64,000 nucleotides of DNA, taken from the NCBI GenBank assembly GCA_052327205.1, contig CM126233.1, positions 32,488,001 to 32,552,000 on the forward strand. Reading direction: 5' to 3'. Shown here in pieces: positions 23,270 through 35,335 of the stretch. Both the position numbers and the translations under genes were made by a program. The stretch comes from Somniosus microcephalus. Lineage: Eukaryota. The notes below the pieces were generated by a model, which saw only the letters and a list, made by a program, of their open reading frames with translations, was not told the DNA's origin and did no database searches. Within the stretch, counting starts at the first letter, position 1, and each line of letters opens with the position of its first letter.

Positions 23270-24438
23270 TCTTGCAGATCTCTGCGCTCCTACAATTCCG
23301 GCCTCTTGAGTATCCCCGATTTTAATCGCCCCGCCATTGGCGGCCGTGCCCTCAGCGGCCTAGGCCCCAAGCTCTGGAATTCCCTCCCTAAACCTTGGCT
23401 CTTTTAAGACGCTCCTTAAAACCTACCTCTTTGAGCAAGCTTTTGGTCACCTGCCCTAATAAGAACATAAGAAATATTAGCAGGAGTAGGCCATTCGGCC
23501 CCTCGAGCCTGCTCCACCATTTAATAAGATCAGGGCGGATCTTCGACCTCAACTCCACCTTCCCGCCCGATCCCCACATCCCTTGATTCCCCTAGAGTCC
23601 AAAAATCTATCGATCTCAGCCTTGAATATACTCAACGACTCAGCATTCACAGCCCTCTGTGGTAGAGAATTCCAAAGATTCACAACCCTCAGTGAAGAAA
23701 TTCCTCCTCATCTCGGTCCTAAATGGCTGACCCCTTATCCTGAGACTGTGCCCCCTAGTTTTAGACTCTCCAGCCAGGGGGAAACATCCTCTCAGCATCG
23801 ACCCTGTCAATCCCCCTCAGAATCTTACATGTTTCAATGAGATCACCTCTCATTCTTCTAAACTCCAGAGAGTATAGGCCCATTCTACTCAATCTCTCCT
23901 CCTAGGACAACCCTGTCATCCCAGGGATCAATCTAGTGAACCTTTGATGAACCCCCTCTAAGGCAAGTATATCCTTTCTTAGGTACGGAGACCAAAACTG
24001 TACACAGTACTCCAGGTGTGGTCTCAGCAAAGCCCTGTACAATTGCGGCAAGACTGCCATATTCTTGTACTCCAACCCCCTTGCAATAAAGGCCAATATA
24101 CCATTTGCCTTCTTAATTGCTTGCTGTAGCTGCATGTTAACTTTGTGTGTTTCGTGTGCACATCCCTCTCAACACTAACATTTTATAGTTTCTCACCATT
24201 TAAAAAATATTGTTTTTCTATTCTTCTTACCAAAGCAAATAACCTCACATTTCCCCACATTATATTCCATCTGCCACCTTCTTGCCCACTCACTGAACCT
24301 GTCTATATCCCCTTTGCAGATTCTGTGTGTGTCCTTATGTGGCTTGGGGTCACATTTTGTTTGATAATGACCCTGTGAAGCGCCTTGGGCCGTTTTACTA
24401 CTTTAAAGGCACTATATAAATGCAAGTTGTTGTTGTTG
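23270..24438 (+). mobile_element. L2 3' fragment split by an antisense CR1
   Basis: L2 sequence at 23270-23460 resumes at ~24331 and ends aaatgcaagttgttgttg. Confidence 0.8.
23461..24330 (-). mobile_element. CR1 LINE 3' fragment
   Basis: KKANGILAFI...RPHLEYCVQFWSPYLRKDILALEGV on the minus strand; aagaacataag tail. Confidence 0.9.
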
Positions 24439-24869
24439 AGTTGTCCTGCTTTCTTCTAACGTCTATACCAACATAGTTACAAAATTACAACTAAGATGAT
24501 TAAAGGATTTGATAGGGTGGATAGAGAGAAACTATTTCCTCTGGTGGGGGGGGGGGGTCCAGAACAAGGGGACATAACCTTAAGATTAGAGCTTGGCCAT
24601 TCAGGGGTGATGGCAGGAAGCACTTCTTCATACAAAGGGGCCAGGAACAGGAACCCTGGCTGATTTCACCCTTCCCCCCCCCAAAAGCACAGGAACACAG
24701 AGGTCGATTGTAGCACACTATCACTGCTCCAGCTCCAATCAGCTAATTCTGTAAAGATCAGAAACTGAACCAGGGGCCTTTATTTGCCTGTAGGGCTCAG
24801 CTGAACACTAAGCAGCGCACTTACCACTGAGCCATTGAGGGGTTTCTGCCTTCCGTTTATGAATGAATA

Positions 24870-25258
24870 AACACGCTTAAAATCGCGCCAGCCATTCTGG
24901 GAAACAGCAGCCAATGTCGACCCACTATCCAGATGGACGGAATTGTGGGATGCATGCAACATAAAGAACCAACACCTCATCACTGACCCAACAGAAGGTC
25001 CCTGGCTTTGACCTCCCTCGAAGGACAGTGCTCAACCCAATCCGCACAGGGCATGGACGATGTGGCCACCTGCTCCACAAGTGGAAGATGCGGGACAACC
25101 CGAAGTGTGACTGTGGCCATGAGTCCCAGACCATGGAACACATCCTGCCCTCTAAGATCTGCTGCGGGAGGCACCTCATTTCTCCACTCGGCATCTCAGG
25201 AGGTCATCGAATGGATAGTCAAACTAGCCGTAAGCTTTTCCCGTCATACAAAAAAACA
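24870..25258 (+). mobile_element. I-group (Ingi/Vingi-like) LINE 3' fragment
   Basis: RLKSRQPFW...GFDLPR...LNPIRTGHGRCGHLLHKWKMRDNPKCDCGHESQTMEHI...CPLR zinc-knuckle region with frameshifts and an A-rich end. Confidence 0.7.
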
Positions 25259-25474
25259 ATTCAACATGAACATCACATGCCTCAATGATAAGGAGCACAC
25301 TGGTAAACAACACTCAACACGGAGAATCACTATTGCTTCAAGAACAGACCCTACACATCGATTCTCATCCATTCCACATAATGTCAAGTGCACTAGTAAA
25401 TGACCCATTACATTGTCCACAGTTTATACAAGATAGTGACTGAGTTGGGAGTGATTTCAGAAGGTCATTCCACA

Positions 25475-25488
25475 GCACCACCTGCTGG
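25475..25488 (-). promoter_or_regulatory. CTCF-like motif CCAGCAGGTGGTGC
   Basis: Close match to the CTCF core, in unique sequence between the isl2 and scaper 3' ends. Confidence 0.45.
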
Positions 25489-26344
25489 CTAAAGGCTACA
25501 ATATAGTTACAGGATTTCCACTCTAAATGTTTACATAGGCAATTTGAATGTTAAATGTTGACATAAAAGTGTGACTAAAACTCAACAACAGGAACAATGC
25601 ACATACAAATTTTTTTTTAGTAATATATAGAGTTACCATACAAACACAAGATATATATTGGAGTTATTACAAGGCTTCATTCAAGCAGATGATAATACCT
25701 GAACCCTTATGATCACTCACAATTATATCATATTCTCTCCATTATTGGACAGAAAAGTTGATCAAAGTAAAAGGACTCATCTATTTGAGGGGTTCACAGG
25801 AGATTCAAAAACCACTTTGAAATACTTACGTGAATCTTACAATTGGATTATAGCCTTGCAACTTCCTCCCACGTATCTATAAACTCTTCTGCCACATATC
25901 TGTGTGGTGCTTCCATTAGTAAAATTCCTCAAAAAATAATGTTTTTGTTCCTAATTTCTTCCCTTCCTCTCCCAGAGGCATGAACTTTTGCTGGGTGCAG
26001 TTCAACAGACAATGGCAGCCCCCTGTATCACTCAAGTGCCCTTCCTTCATCATCAGTGAGCATCAGTAAGGTGTTCGACTGTCAGAATCCCAGCCAAGCC
26101 TGGGTACTGCCCCCATTCAATCATGTGCTTTCTGGCCTAGATCTATAGGTGGTGCTTAGTAGTGGGAACACGGGCTAATTTTCTCTTTCATAGCAGGATA
26201 CAGCACGGAAGGAGGCCATTCGACCTAGCGTGCCTGTGCCGGCTCTACGAAAGAGCTATCCAATTCATTCCACTCCCCTGCCTGTGGTTTAGTGTCACCC
26301 CCATCTAGTACTTGGCATCTATGAGCCTGAGGTGAAAAGTCTAT

Positions 26345-26651
26345 TACTCGTTTTTCGGACGAGACGTTAAACCGAGGCTCCGTCTGACCTCTCAGGTGGA
26401 CGTAAAAAATCCTGTGGAACTAAGGTAGTTCTCTCCGGTGTCCTGGCCAATATTTATCCCTCAACCAATATCAGAAAAAAAGATTATCTGGTCTTTATCA
26501 TTGTCTGTGGGACCTTGCTGTGCACAAATTGGCTGCTGCGTTTCCTACATTGCAACAGTGATTACACTTCAAAAGTACTTTATTGGCTGTTAAGTGCTTT
26601 GGGACGTCCCGAGATTGCGAAAGGCGTTATATAAATGCATGTCTTTCTTTT
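26345..26651 (+). mobile_element. DeuSINE (Deu domain plus tail)
   Basis: gagacgttaaaccgagg...ggtgtcctggccaatatttatccctcaacc...aaatgcatgtctttcttt. Confidence 0.85.
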
Positions 26652-27524
26652 ACTCACTAGAGAGAAACCTTATGTATTTTTTCTTCCATGTTATGTTTCC
26701 AACATGAAGATTTTTTTCCATTTCAGTGCATTTTTCTCTCTTCACTTAACCTGCACACAGTCTGCTCTCAAGCCTCTTACTGTCCTTTACCCAGACACCA
26801 GCCTTACTTGACATCCTCTCCCTTCTGACTTGGTGATAAGGCAGATAGGGAAAAATGGACAGGCTTGTTGGGGTTGAATGGGGGGGGGGGGGTGGGGGGG
26901 TTCCACTGTTTGAATAAATTACTGGGTTAGATTTTTCTGCCCATTTATAGTTAAAATCGAGCTCAATTTATGTTGTTCTGACTTCTGCTTCCTCACTGTG
27001 GCGAAATCTGATCTGTGCTTCCTGCCTGCAGTGTCTACGTAGCCGAGATGGGGAACTCAGCCATGGGCAGACTGCAGGCACAAACCTACAGAACAGCACG
27101 TCACCACGATCCATAGCTTTGTGCCACAATACGAGGGGAATCTGATTTCAGTCCCAATAAATACAGCAACCTCTTTGGCGCATTTTCCTTTTTATTGAGA
27201 AACCCGGGTGAAGGACCAAGACCCAAGCTGAAGGACACAGGGAGGTTGGAAATAGTAGGAGAGAGAAAAAAAAATTGGAGTTTCTTTGGAGAGAAACGAA
27301 TTCACAGCTTGGTAATAACAGTTGAGGATAATTCTGAATATTAAATGTTACATGATCATTAAAGATCAAAGCCACTAGTTTGTGGAAAATGGATGGAATC
27401 ATGGAATATGATCTTCCAAACGCACTGGTAAAAATCCTGGAATCCCAGGTATTACGAACAGAATTTGACTTATTCAGTCACTATAAACCATTGGTCCTAG
27501 TAATGATCCTAAGAACACTGTATT

Positions 27525-27848
27525 ATGGTGGTTATGGTACAGGACCAACAACCCAGAGGGCGCGAGTTAAAATCCCACATGGCAAGTTCTGACCGGCACC
27601 AAAAGAAAAGACCATGAAAGCTGCTAGTTTGTCGTTCACACCCAACTGGTTCACACATGTCCTTCAGGGAAGGAACCTGCCACTCCCTGTCCAGTTGCAC
27701 ACCATGCGGCTGACAACTTAATGCCCCTCGGAAGTGGCCTGGCAAGCCTCAGTTGCAAAAAAAACCCACCACCGTCTTCTCAGGGTTACCAGGGATGGGC
27801 AAATAATGTGCATTGCCAGAGACTCCCACATCCCAACCAAAAAAAAAA
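27525..27848 (+). mobile_element. Shark tRNA-type SINE with a LINE-derived tail (family unassigned)
   Basis: B-box-like gagttaaaatccc; tail agggatgggcaaataa...cccacatccc plus poly-A. Similar tails at ~55530-55690 (-) and ~56330-56445 (+). Confidence 0.6.
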
Positions 27849-27960
27849 GACATCAAGATCAGTAGGGTTTGGGGAATAATGCACGTCGAGACAATCAGCC
27901 TGAAGTTATCCCTCAGCACATATTCAACACGTCACATTGATGCAGATGAAAATAAATAAT

Positions 27961-27966
27961 TTTATT
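27961..27966 (-). terminator. Candidate SCAPER polyadenylation signal (AATAAA on minus strand)
   Basis: tttatt on the plus strand, ~340 nt after the SCAPER stop codon. Confidence 0.55.
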
Positions 27967-28306
27967 GTGTTGTCAGGGTATTTGAGCCACCAATATACTT
28001 CTAATAAATAAAATGAATTGGTGCATTCCACAGGGGACTGCTGCATTATCCTAAACAACCAGGACCAAACGAGTTATTCTATATGCACATACGTTAGAAA
28101 GGTTCACATTAAAAAATTGTCAAAAAGTGATTACAATGAAGATCATATGTACAACAGGTACTATATACAATTTGTGCAAATCATATATATAAGAACATTC
28201 TAGAACATAATGTCAGCGAATGAGTTAAAAGACTAGTTTTTAAATCAAATACTATTTTTGTGGTGTCGAGAGTTTCCCCCCACCCCCCCCCCCTTTGTTT
28301 TTATCT

Positions 28307-28413
28307 TTAGCAAGTTGCCTCTTTCTTCAAAAAGAACTTCCTGGCGTCCTCCCACATCTCACGGGGGAACCTGTTGGAGAATTCAAGGTAGTCTTGAGCT
28401 CCAGGAACTCCCT
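28307..28413 (-). CDS. scaper: SCAPER last coding exon
   Basis: Acceptor catttcag|. Encodes (E)GVPGAQDYLEFSNRFPREMWEDARKFFLKKEATC*, resembling human ...SQDYLELANRFPQQAWEEARQFFLKKEKK. The preceding intron is 95 nt. Confidence 0.93.
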
Positions 28414-28508
28414 CTGAAATGAGAGGACCACATTGAATTGTTAAAAATAAGAGTTTATGGCGTCGTCGTTCAGGGTAAGTGTACATAGAGCAATTCTGTG
28501 ATACTCAC

Positions 28509-28560
28509 CCTTCTTTTGAGAAGGCTTATTGTCAGACTGGCTCAAACTCTGCGTGAAATC
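28509..28560 (-). CDS. scaper: SCAPER penultimate coding exon (52 nt)
   Basis: Acceptor ttacttag| and donor |GTGAGT. Encodes DFTQSLSQSDNKPSQKK plus one G; phases join both flanking exons in frame. Confidence 0.9.
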
Positions 28561-28689
28561 CTAAGTAAAAAAAAAATACACGTATATTTAGTCATTTGAT
28601 CCATTTTGTGTTTTTACACAAATCTTATACTGTTCAGTTTGTCTATGCCTATTTCCCCCACCCTGTCCATTTTGGCGACGCACTTATGT

Positions 28690-28935
28690 CCATGAAGTAG
28701 CACAGTGTTTCAGTTCAACATGATACCATGCAGTGTTACACATTCTAAAACAACATGGCACAGTGCAGCGAGCGCTTCTTCTAGATCACTGAGGCCAGAG
28801 AAGTGCCACATGCCGTTCTTGATCAACATGTCACCGGGCAGTGTAACACGCTTTTCTATACCAATGTGTCATCATGCAGTGTAACATACTGGTCTATATC
28901 AACGCATTGTTTAGCAGTGTAACGTGTTGTATTAG
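28690..28935. repeat. Degenerate minisatellite, ~35-38-bp unit, ~6 copies
   Basis: gcagtgtaaca-like anchor at 28730, 28765, 28800, 28838, 28876 and 28914. Confidence 0.7.
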
Positions 28936-30337
28936 CTTAAGAGAATTTAAAATGTAAAGAACATATTTAGAATAAAAATGAGCTGGTGATGCCACATAAC
29001 TCTCCAAGAGTTTTGCATTACGTGACATTCAGACAATTACCTTTTTTTTTTTAAAGCTCTTTGGTTGGAACATGGGCAAATGTTACTTTTTTTGTTGTCC
29101 TTTTTAACCATGTGGCACATAAGATGTGTCAGAGGAAAAAGTTTTTCACACAATCAGTAGTTAGTATTTGGAAAGCGCTACCAGATAGGGTGGTGGATAC
29201 AGATTCAATAGTAGCCTTCAAAAAGGAATTGGATAAAGTGCCACTCCGGAGCGGGTCAGTGAGTCTTCCCTCCACTCACTGCCAGGCTGGGATCAACAAC
29301 AATTTGGATAGTGGAGTTGTAGGCACAAATCTGCATCGACTATTCTTTTGCCAATGCACAAATGTGGTTTTACTGGCTATTTACACTACACATTTTTCAT
29401 TAATACAAACCCCTTTGCCCCTTTGCGTTGAGGCAACGTGTGTGGCATAAGTTGGTTGTGAGGTTGCCCGTATCTAACTTTGGTGAGCAGTGCCAGAATA
29501 CCTTGAGGAAGGAGTCTCAAGTTGCTGTGGCTTTTCACCAGCTGCAGTATAACTGCAACTCTCTCAAAGGGAACTTTAATAACTTCATGAGTACCATTAA
29601 TGTGAGAAGAGCCAGCTGTCCACCTGGCTATTTGGTAACATTAAAATGCAAGCAGTAATTTGAACGCTGATGAAAGCCACGCATGTGAAGAGCTTTGCTT
29701 TGCTCGAGCAGAGAGGGATGTGGCGCCAGCAATATAAGTCAGTGTCAATAGTGGTAAACTGCAAAGTGACAATGCCACTGCGGGTATTCTCCACCAAAAG
29801 TGCTGCAGGACTAGTACAGACAGGAATCATACGAGTCCCAGGGAAAGACGTGCACATCCTGAAAAGCATCGGTGGGAACACAAACTGCACTGAGAATACA
29901 GTCAGGCTACATGTTATGATCAAAACAATGGGCATTGTCATTAAAAAAAAGTATTTGATTTGAACATCTAGAATTTCTCAGCTTACTGCAAATATTTAAA
30001 ATGTTTTGCACTCCCCAATTATGATAAAGGCCAGATGACAAACCATTTTACCTGTACCTCGGGGCTGGATGGAGTTCATCATTAAAAACCCTGATCTTAA
30101 TCACAGCTACTGCACTTCTAGTCTCTGAATTTTAAATCTGTAATACTGTGGTTAGGCAGATAATATGTTACTAAAATCAAAATAAAGTGCTGTCCATAAT
30201 GACTGGAAGTTTAAAGGGTATGTGCCCCCCCCTTTCTATAGGCCACCCATCTCACCCCCAAACCCCCACAGCCAAAGGCACCCCAAGGACAGCCTCTGAA
30301 CAAACTGAGCGCCGCCTCTATCGAGCCAATTACTCTT

Positions 30338-30801
30338 TAAAGAAAGATTTGCATTTCTACAGCACCTTTCACGACCTCAGGATGTCGCAAAGCGCTTTAC
30401 AGCCAATGAAATACTTTTTGAAGTGCAGTCACTGTTGTAATGTAGGAAAAGTGACAGCCAATTGCGCACAGCAAGCTCCCAGAAACAGCACTGTGATAAT
30501 GATCAGGTAATCTGTTTTATTAATGTTGGTTGAGGGATAAATATTGGCCGCAGGACACTGGAGATAACTCCCCATCTCTTCTTCGAAACAGTGCCACAGG
30601 ATCTTTTATATCTACCTTAGAGGGCGAATAGAGGTTTAACGTCTCATCCGAAAGACAGCACCGCCGACAGTGCAGCACTCCCTCAGTGCTGCACTGGAGT
30701 GTCAGTCTGGATTTTTGTGCTCAAGTCTCTGTAGTGGGACTTGAACCCACAACCTTCTGACTCAGAGGTGAGGGTGCTACCCACTGAGCTACGGCTGACA
30801 C
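30338..30801 (-). mobile_element. Full-length DeuSINE (SacSINE1-like)
   Basis: tRNA head with A box TAGCTCAGTGG and B box GGTTCAAGTCC, Deu domain, and a 3' tail resembling the L2 tails in this window. Confidence 0.88.
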
Positions 30802-30902
30802 AAAGGTACAAAATGCTGCACCAACCCAATCACTCCCTCCTTCTGTGCCTGACAGGGACAGACCTTTATCCTAACAACCAATAGCTCTCGTTCCCTACAA
30901 CA

Positions 30903-31375
30903 ATGACAACAACAACAACAACTTGTATTTCTATAGCGCCTTTAACGTAGTAAAACATCCCAAGGCGCTGCACAGGAGTTCCGACTGCACTGCTCCGTTG
31001 TGATATCCTGCGCTTATCTGTAAAATCGGAAGCTAAAAGCCAGCACAGGTGATCCAGAATCTCAACTTGTATTTATACAGCACCTTTAATATAGTAAAAT
31101 GTCCCAAGGCGCTTCACAGGAGCATTAGAAGACAAAAAAATTTGACACCAAGCCACATAAGGATAAATTAGGGCAGGTGACCAAAAGCTTGGTCAAAGAG
31201 GTAGGTTTTGAGGAGTGTCTTAAAGGAGGAAAGAGAGGTAGCGAGGCGGAGAGGTTTAGGCAGGGAATTCCAGAGCTTAGGGCCCAGGCAACAGAAGGCA
31301 CGGCCACCAATGGTTGAGCGATTATAATCAGGGATGCTCAAGAGGGCAGAATTAGAGGAGCGCAGATATCTCGGT
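30903..31375 (-). mobile_element. Two L2 3' fragments
   Basis: caacttgtatt tails at ~30903 and ~31063; GGRAFCCLGPKLWNSLP...FKTLLKTYLF. Confidence 0.8.
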
Positions 31376-31749
31376 GGGGGGGGGGGGGGGGGGGGTTGTT
31401 GGTATAAAGAACAACACCCTCGATATATATGTACCTGCAAATACTGTGTAAAATCCAGAATAACACAGCACATGAAAACAAATGGATTACATTGCAATGC
31501 TTGCTTCGGGCGCTTGTAATTTTAGTTAATCTGTGCTTCCCTTACAAGACATCATGGCCGATATGACTAGAACATGCATGATTTATTTTTTAAAATATTA
31601 TTTTTGGGTGTTATTTCTGCTCATCTGGGTGAAGGATGTTCGTCCTGGTGAACTAAACAGTTTCACTTTCTAACTAGAGAGTCCACATCAAGCAAGCACT
31701 GGTTTGATGCAGGTTAAAACTCCTTTAACCCCAGCCTCGGGAAAAAGAA

Positions 31750-33992
31750 TAAAAGAAAGAAAAATACAGCGCCTTTCATGACCTCATGTAAACAGTAAGC
31801 GGGTAGTAAGAGGCGGGGTGGGGCCTATTAGAGACAAAGAAGGTGACATATGCTTAGAGGCGCAGGGCAAGGCTAGAATACTCAATGAGTACTTTGTATC
31901 GGTGTTTACTAAAGAGGTGGATGCTGACAAAATATCGGGAGAAGTGGAAAAGGTAGAAGCAATGGAAGGGGTGAAAATTGATAGACAGGATGTACTAGAA
32001 AGGCTGGGTATGCTTAGAGTGGGCAAGTCACCTGGTCCAGATGGCTTGCATCCCAGGTTGCTAAGGGAATTGGGGGAGGAGATAGCGGAAGGGCTTGCCA
32101 TAATTTTCCAATCTTCCCTAGATGCGGGGGAGGTGCCTGAGGATTGGAAGGTGGCAAATGTGACACCATTGTTCAAGAAAGGATGCAAGGACAATCCTAG
32201 TAACTACACGTCAGTCAGTTTAACATCAGTGGTGGGTAAAGTTTTAGAAACAATAATCAAGGAAAAAATTAACGGGCATTTGGAGAGGTTTAAGCTAATT
32301 AAGGAGAGGCAACACAGGTTTGTAAAAGGAAGATCGTGTTTGACTAATCTAATTGAATTTTTTGATGAAGTAACAGAGAGGATTGATGAAGGGAATGCAA
32401 TGGATGTTGTCTACATGGATTTTTGGAAGGCGTTTGACAAAGTACCACATAGAAGGCTGGTTAACAAAATTGAGGCTCATGGAATAGGTGGGTCAGTGGT
32501 AGCTTGGATAAGGAATTGGCTTAAGGACAGAAAACAGCGAGTTGTGGTAAATAGCTGTTTTTCAGACTGGAGGATGGTAGACAGTGGTGTTCCCCAAGGG
32601 TCAGTGCTGGGGCCACTGCTTTTTTTGATCATATTATATTATATTATATATATATATATGATATTGAAATACAGAGTAGAATTTCTAAATTTGCCGATGA
32701 CACCAAACTTGGGGGTGTGGCAAACAGTGATGATGAGATCAGTCGATTGCAACAGGACATAGAAAGGCTAGCAGAATGGGCAGACAAGTGGCAGATACAG
32801 AGAAGTGTGAGGTGATGCATTTTGGCAGAAGGAACAGGGAGAGGCAATATACACTTAATAGCACAGTTTTAAAGAGTGTGCAGGGAAAGAGGGACCTGGG
32901 AGTTAATGTGCATAGGTTCCTGAAGGTGGCAGGACATATTGAGAGAGTGGTTAACAAAGCCTATGGGATCTTGAGCTTCATAAATAGAGGTATTGAGTGC
33001 AAAAGTAAAGAAGTTATGCTGAACCTTTATAAAACGCTGGTTAGGCCACAACTGGAGTATTGTGTCCAGTTCTGGTCACCACACTTTAGGAAGGATGTGA
33101 AGGCCCTTGGGAGGGTGCAGAGGAGATTTACCAGAATGGTTCCAGGGATGGGGGATCTTAGCTACAAGGACAGGTTGGAGAAGCTGGATTTGTTTTCATT
33201 AGAGCAAAGGAGGTTGAGGGGTGATTTGATAGAGGTGTACAAGGTTATGACGGGTTTGGATAGGCTAGACGGGGAAAGACTGTTCCCACTCGTTGATGGT
33301 ACAAGGACTAGGGGACACAGATTTAAGGTTTTGGGCAAGAGATACAGGGAGGATGTAAAGAAAAACAAGATATGACTTGGAATTCGCTGCCGACGGAAGT
33401 GGTGGAAGCGGAGACCCTCAATGTTTTCAAGGGGAGACTGGATAGGCACTTGAGGGAAATAAACTTGCAGGGCTACGGGGATAGAGTGGGGGAATGGGAC
33501 TGACTGGATTGCTCCTCAGAGAGCCGGCACGGACTTGATGGGCCGAATGGCCTCCTTCTGTGCCGTTATGACTCAATGACTCAGGACGTCCCAAAGCGCT
33601 ATACAGCCAATGAAGTACTTCTGAAGTGTAGTCACCGTTGTAATGTAGGAAACGTGGCAATCAATTTGCGCACAGCAAGCTCACACAAACAGCAATGAGA
33701 TAATGACTAGATAATATTTTTAGTGATGTTGGTTGAGGGAGAAATATTGGCCAGGACACCGGGGAGAATTCCCTGCTCTTCTTCGAAATAGTGTCGTGGG
33801 AACTTTTATGTTCACCCGAGAGGGCAGACGGGGCCTCGGTTTAACATCTCATTCCCCAAGACGGCACCTCCGACAGTGCAGCACTCCTTGAGTACTGCAC
33901 TGGAGCGTCAGCCTGGATTATCTGCTCGTCTCTGGAGTGGGACTTGAACCCACAACCTTCTGAATCAGTGGCGAGTGCGCGACCCATTGAGC
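31750..33992 (-). mobile_element. DeuSINE split by the CR1 above
   Basis: cagcgcctttcatgacctca (to 31786) continues as ggacgtcccaaagcgc (33584) through to the tRNA head near 33990. Confidence 0.8.
31786..33583 (+). mobile_element. CR1 LINE, 5'-truncated, with frameshifted RT ORF
   Basis: KSPGPDGLHPRLL, VYMDFWKAFDKVPH, SGVPQGSVLGPLLF, FADD and LEYCVQFWSP motifs; an AT microsatellite disrupts the frame near 32640. Confidence 0.95.
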
Positions 33993-34550
33993 ATAACACA
34001 TTCATAAACTTCCAAACAGCAAAAAGGAATTATTCTGTATTTTGTTTGCTGCTGGTGTGTAGCTCCACAGATGTTGGGTGCCCAAGTATCTTGCCAAAAT
34101 GACCATTATTCATAGGTGAGCCTAGACAGTGAGCGTCGGTAGGTTGTCTACCACGGAGGGCATGACAGCCGCACTCGTTCCTGTCTTTTATTCTGATGCC
34201 CACACGTGTGCACTTTCCAGCAAGGATCACAGGACAGTGATCGGAAACGGGAACCGCAATTCATTTTTCGTTCAGTTTGAGGACGTCGAGGCCAATTGCG
34301 GCACCCTGGCTGAAATCGGCTAACGTCATGCCTACCAAGCTCTTTACTAACTTCAGAAATTTAACCTGCTTTTGGATGGCCCGGAGCTGTGTGTGCGTGT
34401 GAGTATAAAGAAACACGCGCAGCTCTCTGCTTGCCTGACCAGAGAACGATGCAGAGCAGTCACTTTAACCGGGCACTGTTGGGTCACGCTGCTCTAAAGC
34501 AGGCACCAGTCACAAACGGGTCCTTGCGGTGCAATTTCACATACGCCTAC

Positions 34551-34742
34551 CTGGATAAAGGTAGCCAGCAGGATGCAGCTCATCTCCTGCTCCAAAATGA
34601 CCTTGTTCTGTGGGTTGTTGTAACAAGCTGTGATTAGTGTTGGGAACAGGACTTTGATCAAGCGCTGATCACTGAAGTACTGAAAAGGCAGTTGGCAGAG
34701 CTTCTGAAGGACTGTGGGGTGGCGCCCTGACTGCACCATTAC
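34551..34742 (-). CDS. scaper: SCAPER (S-phase cyclin A-associated protein in the ER), third-last coding exon
   Basis: Minus-strand acceptor tttttag| and donor |GTAGGC, 192 nt. Encodes VMVQSGRHPTVLQKLCQLPFQYFSDQRLIKVLFPTLITACYNNPQNKVILEQEMSCILLATFIQ, matching the SCAPER C-terminal region. Confidence 0.95.
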
Positions 34743-34924
34743 CTAAAAAAAGAGATATTATGTTCATAAAATAAGGGTAAAAAACAGTAAAACAGAGTGT
34801 ATTAAATACAAATCTAGAATATGTTAGAAATCGTGCGTCTGGGTGCACTTCCTGTCTATAAAACCTTACTGCTAGTTATGTTGCTGTCACACTTTTCTAC
34901 CAACTTTCCTCATTATAAACTCCT

Positions 34925-35335
34925 ATGTACACATTTAGATCGAGGTTAGAGGTCAGGAGGTGGTTCTTCTCCCAGAGAATAGTGGACCTCTGGAACAGAC
35001 TGCCGGCTCGTGCGGTGGACGCTGATTCGCTGAATTCCTTCAAGCGAGAGCTGGACCTGTTACTGGCTGGGGCAGAGATCACGTCTGATCTCCAGGGACG
35101 TGCAGGGAATTCAGGGCCAGAGTGATCTCCTGGACTAGTTTCAATCGCCTAGATGGGTCGGTGAGGAATTTCCCAGATTTTTATTCCCAAATTGGCCTGG
35201 GTATTTTAATCTGTTTTTTTTGCCTCTCCCAGGAGATCACATGGTTTCGACTGGGGCGGAGAGTATATACTGTGATACAGAAGGTATCGCAATTGTGTGG
35301 GACGGGCTCGATGCACCTTACCTGTCTGTTATTGT
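34925..35335 (+). mobile_element. CR1-clade LINE 3' fragment with a long 3'UTR
   Basis: RLEVRRWFFSQRIVDLWNRLPARAVDADSLNSFKRELD. Confidence 0.75.

Noticed and set aside
29428-29963. Overlapping 76-114-aa ORFs in SCAPER intron
   Set aside because: No recognisable protein or TE motif, and SCAPER is already complete across this intron.
31818-33375. 314-aa and 199-aa ORFs as cellular genes
   Set aside because: They are frameshifted pieces of a 5'-truncated CR1 reverse transcriptase.
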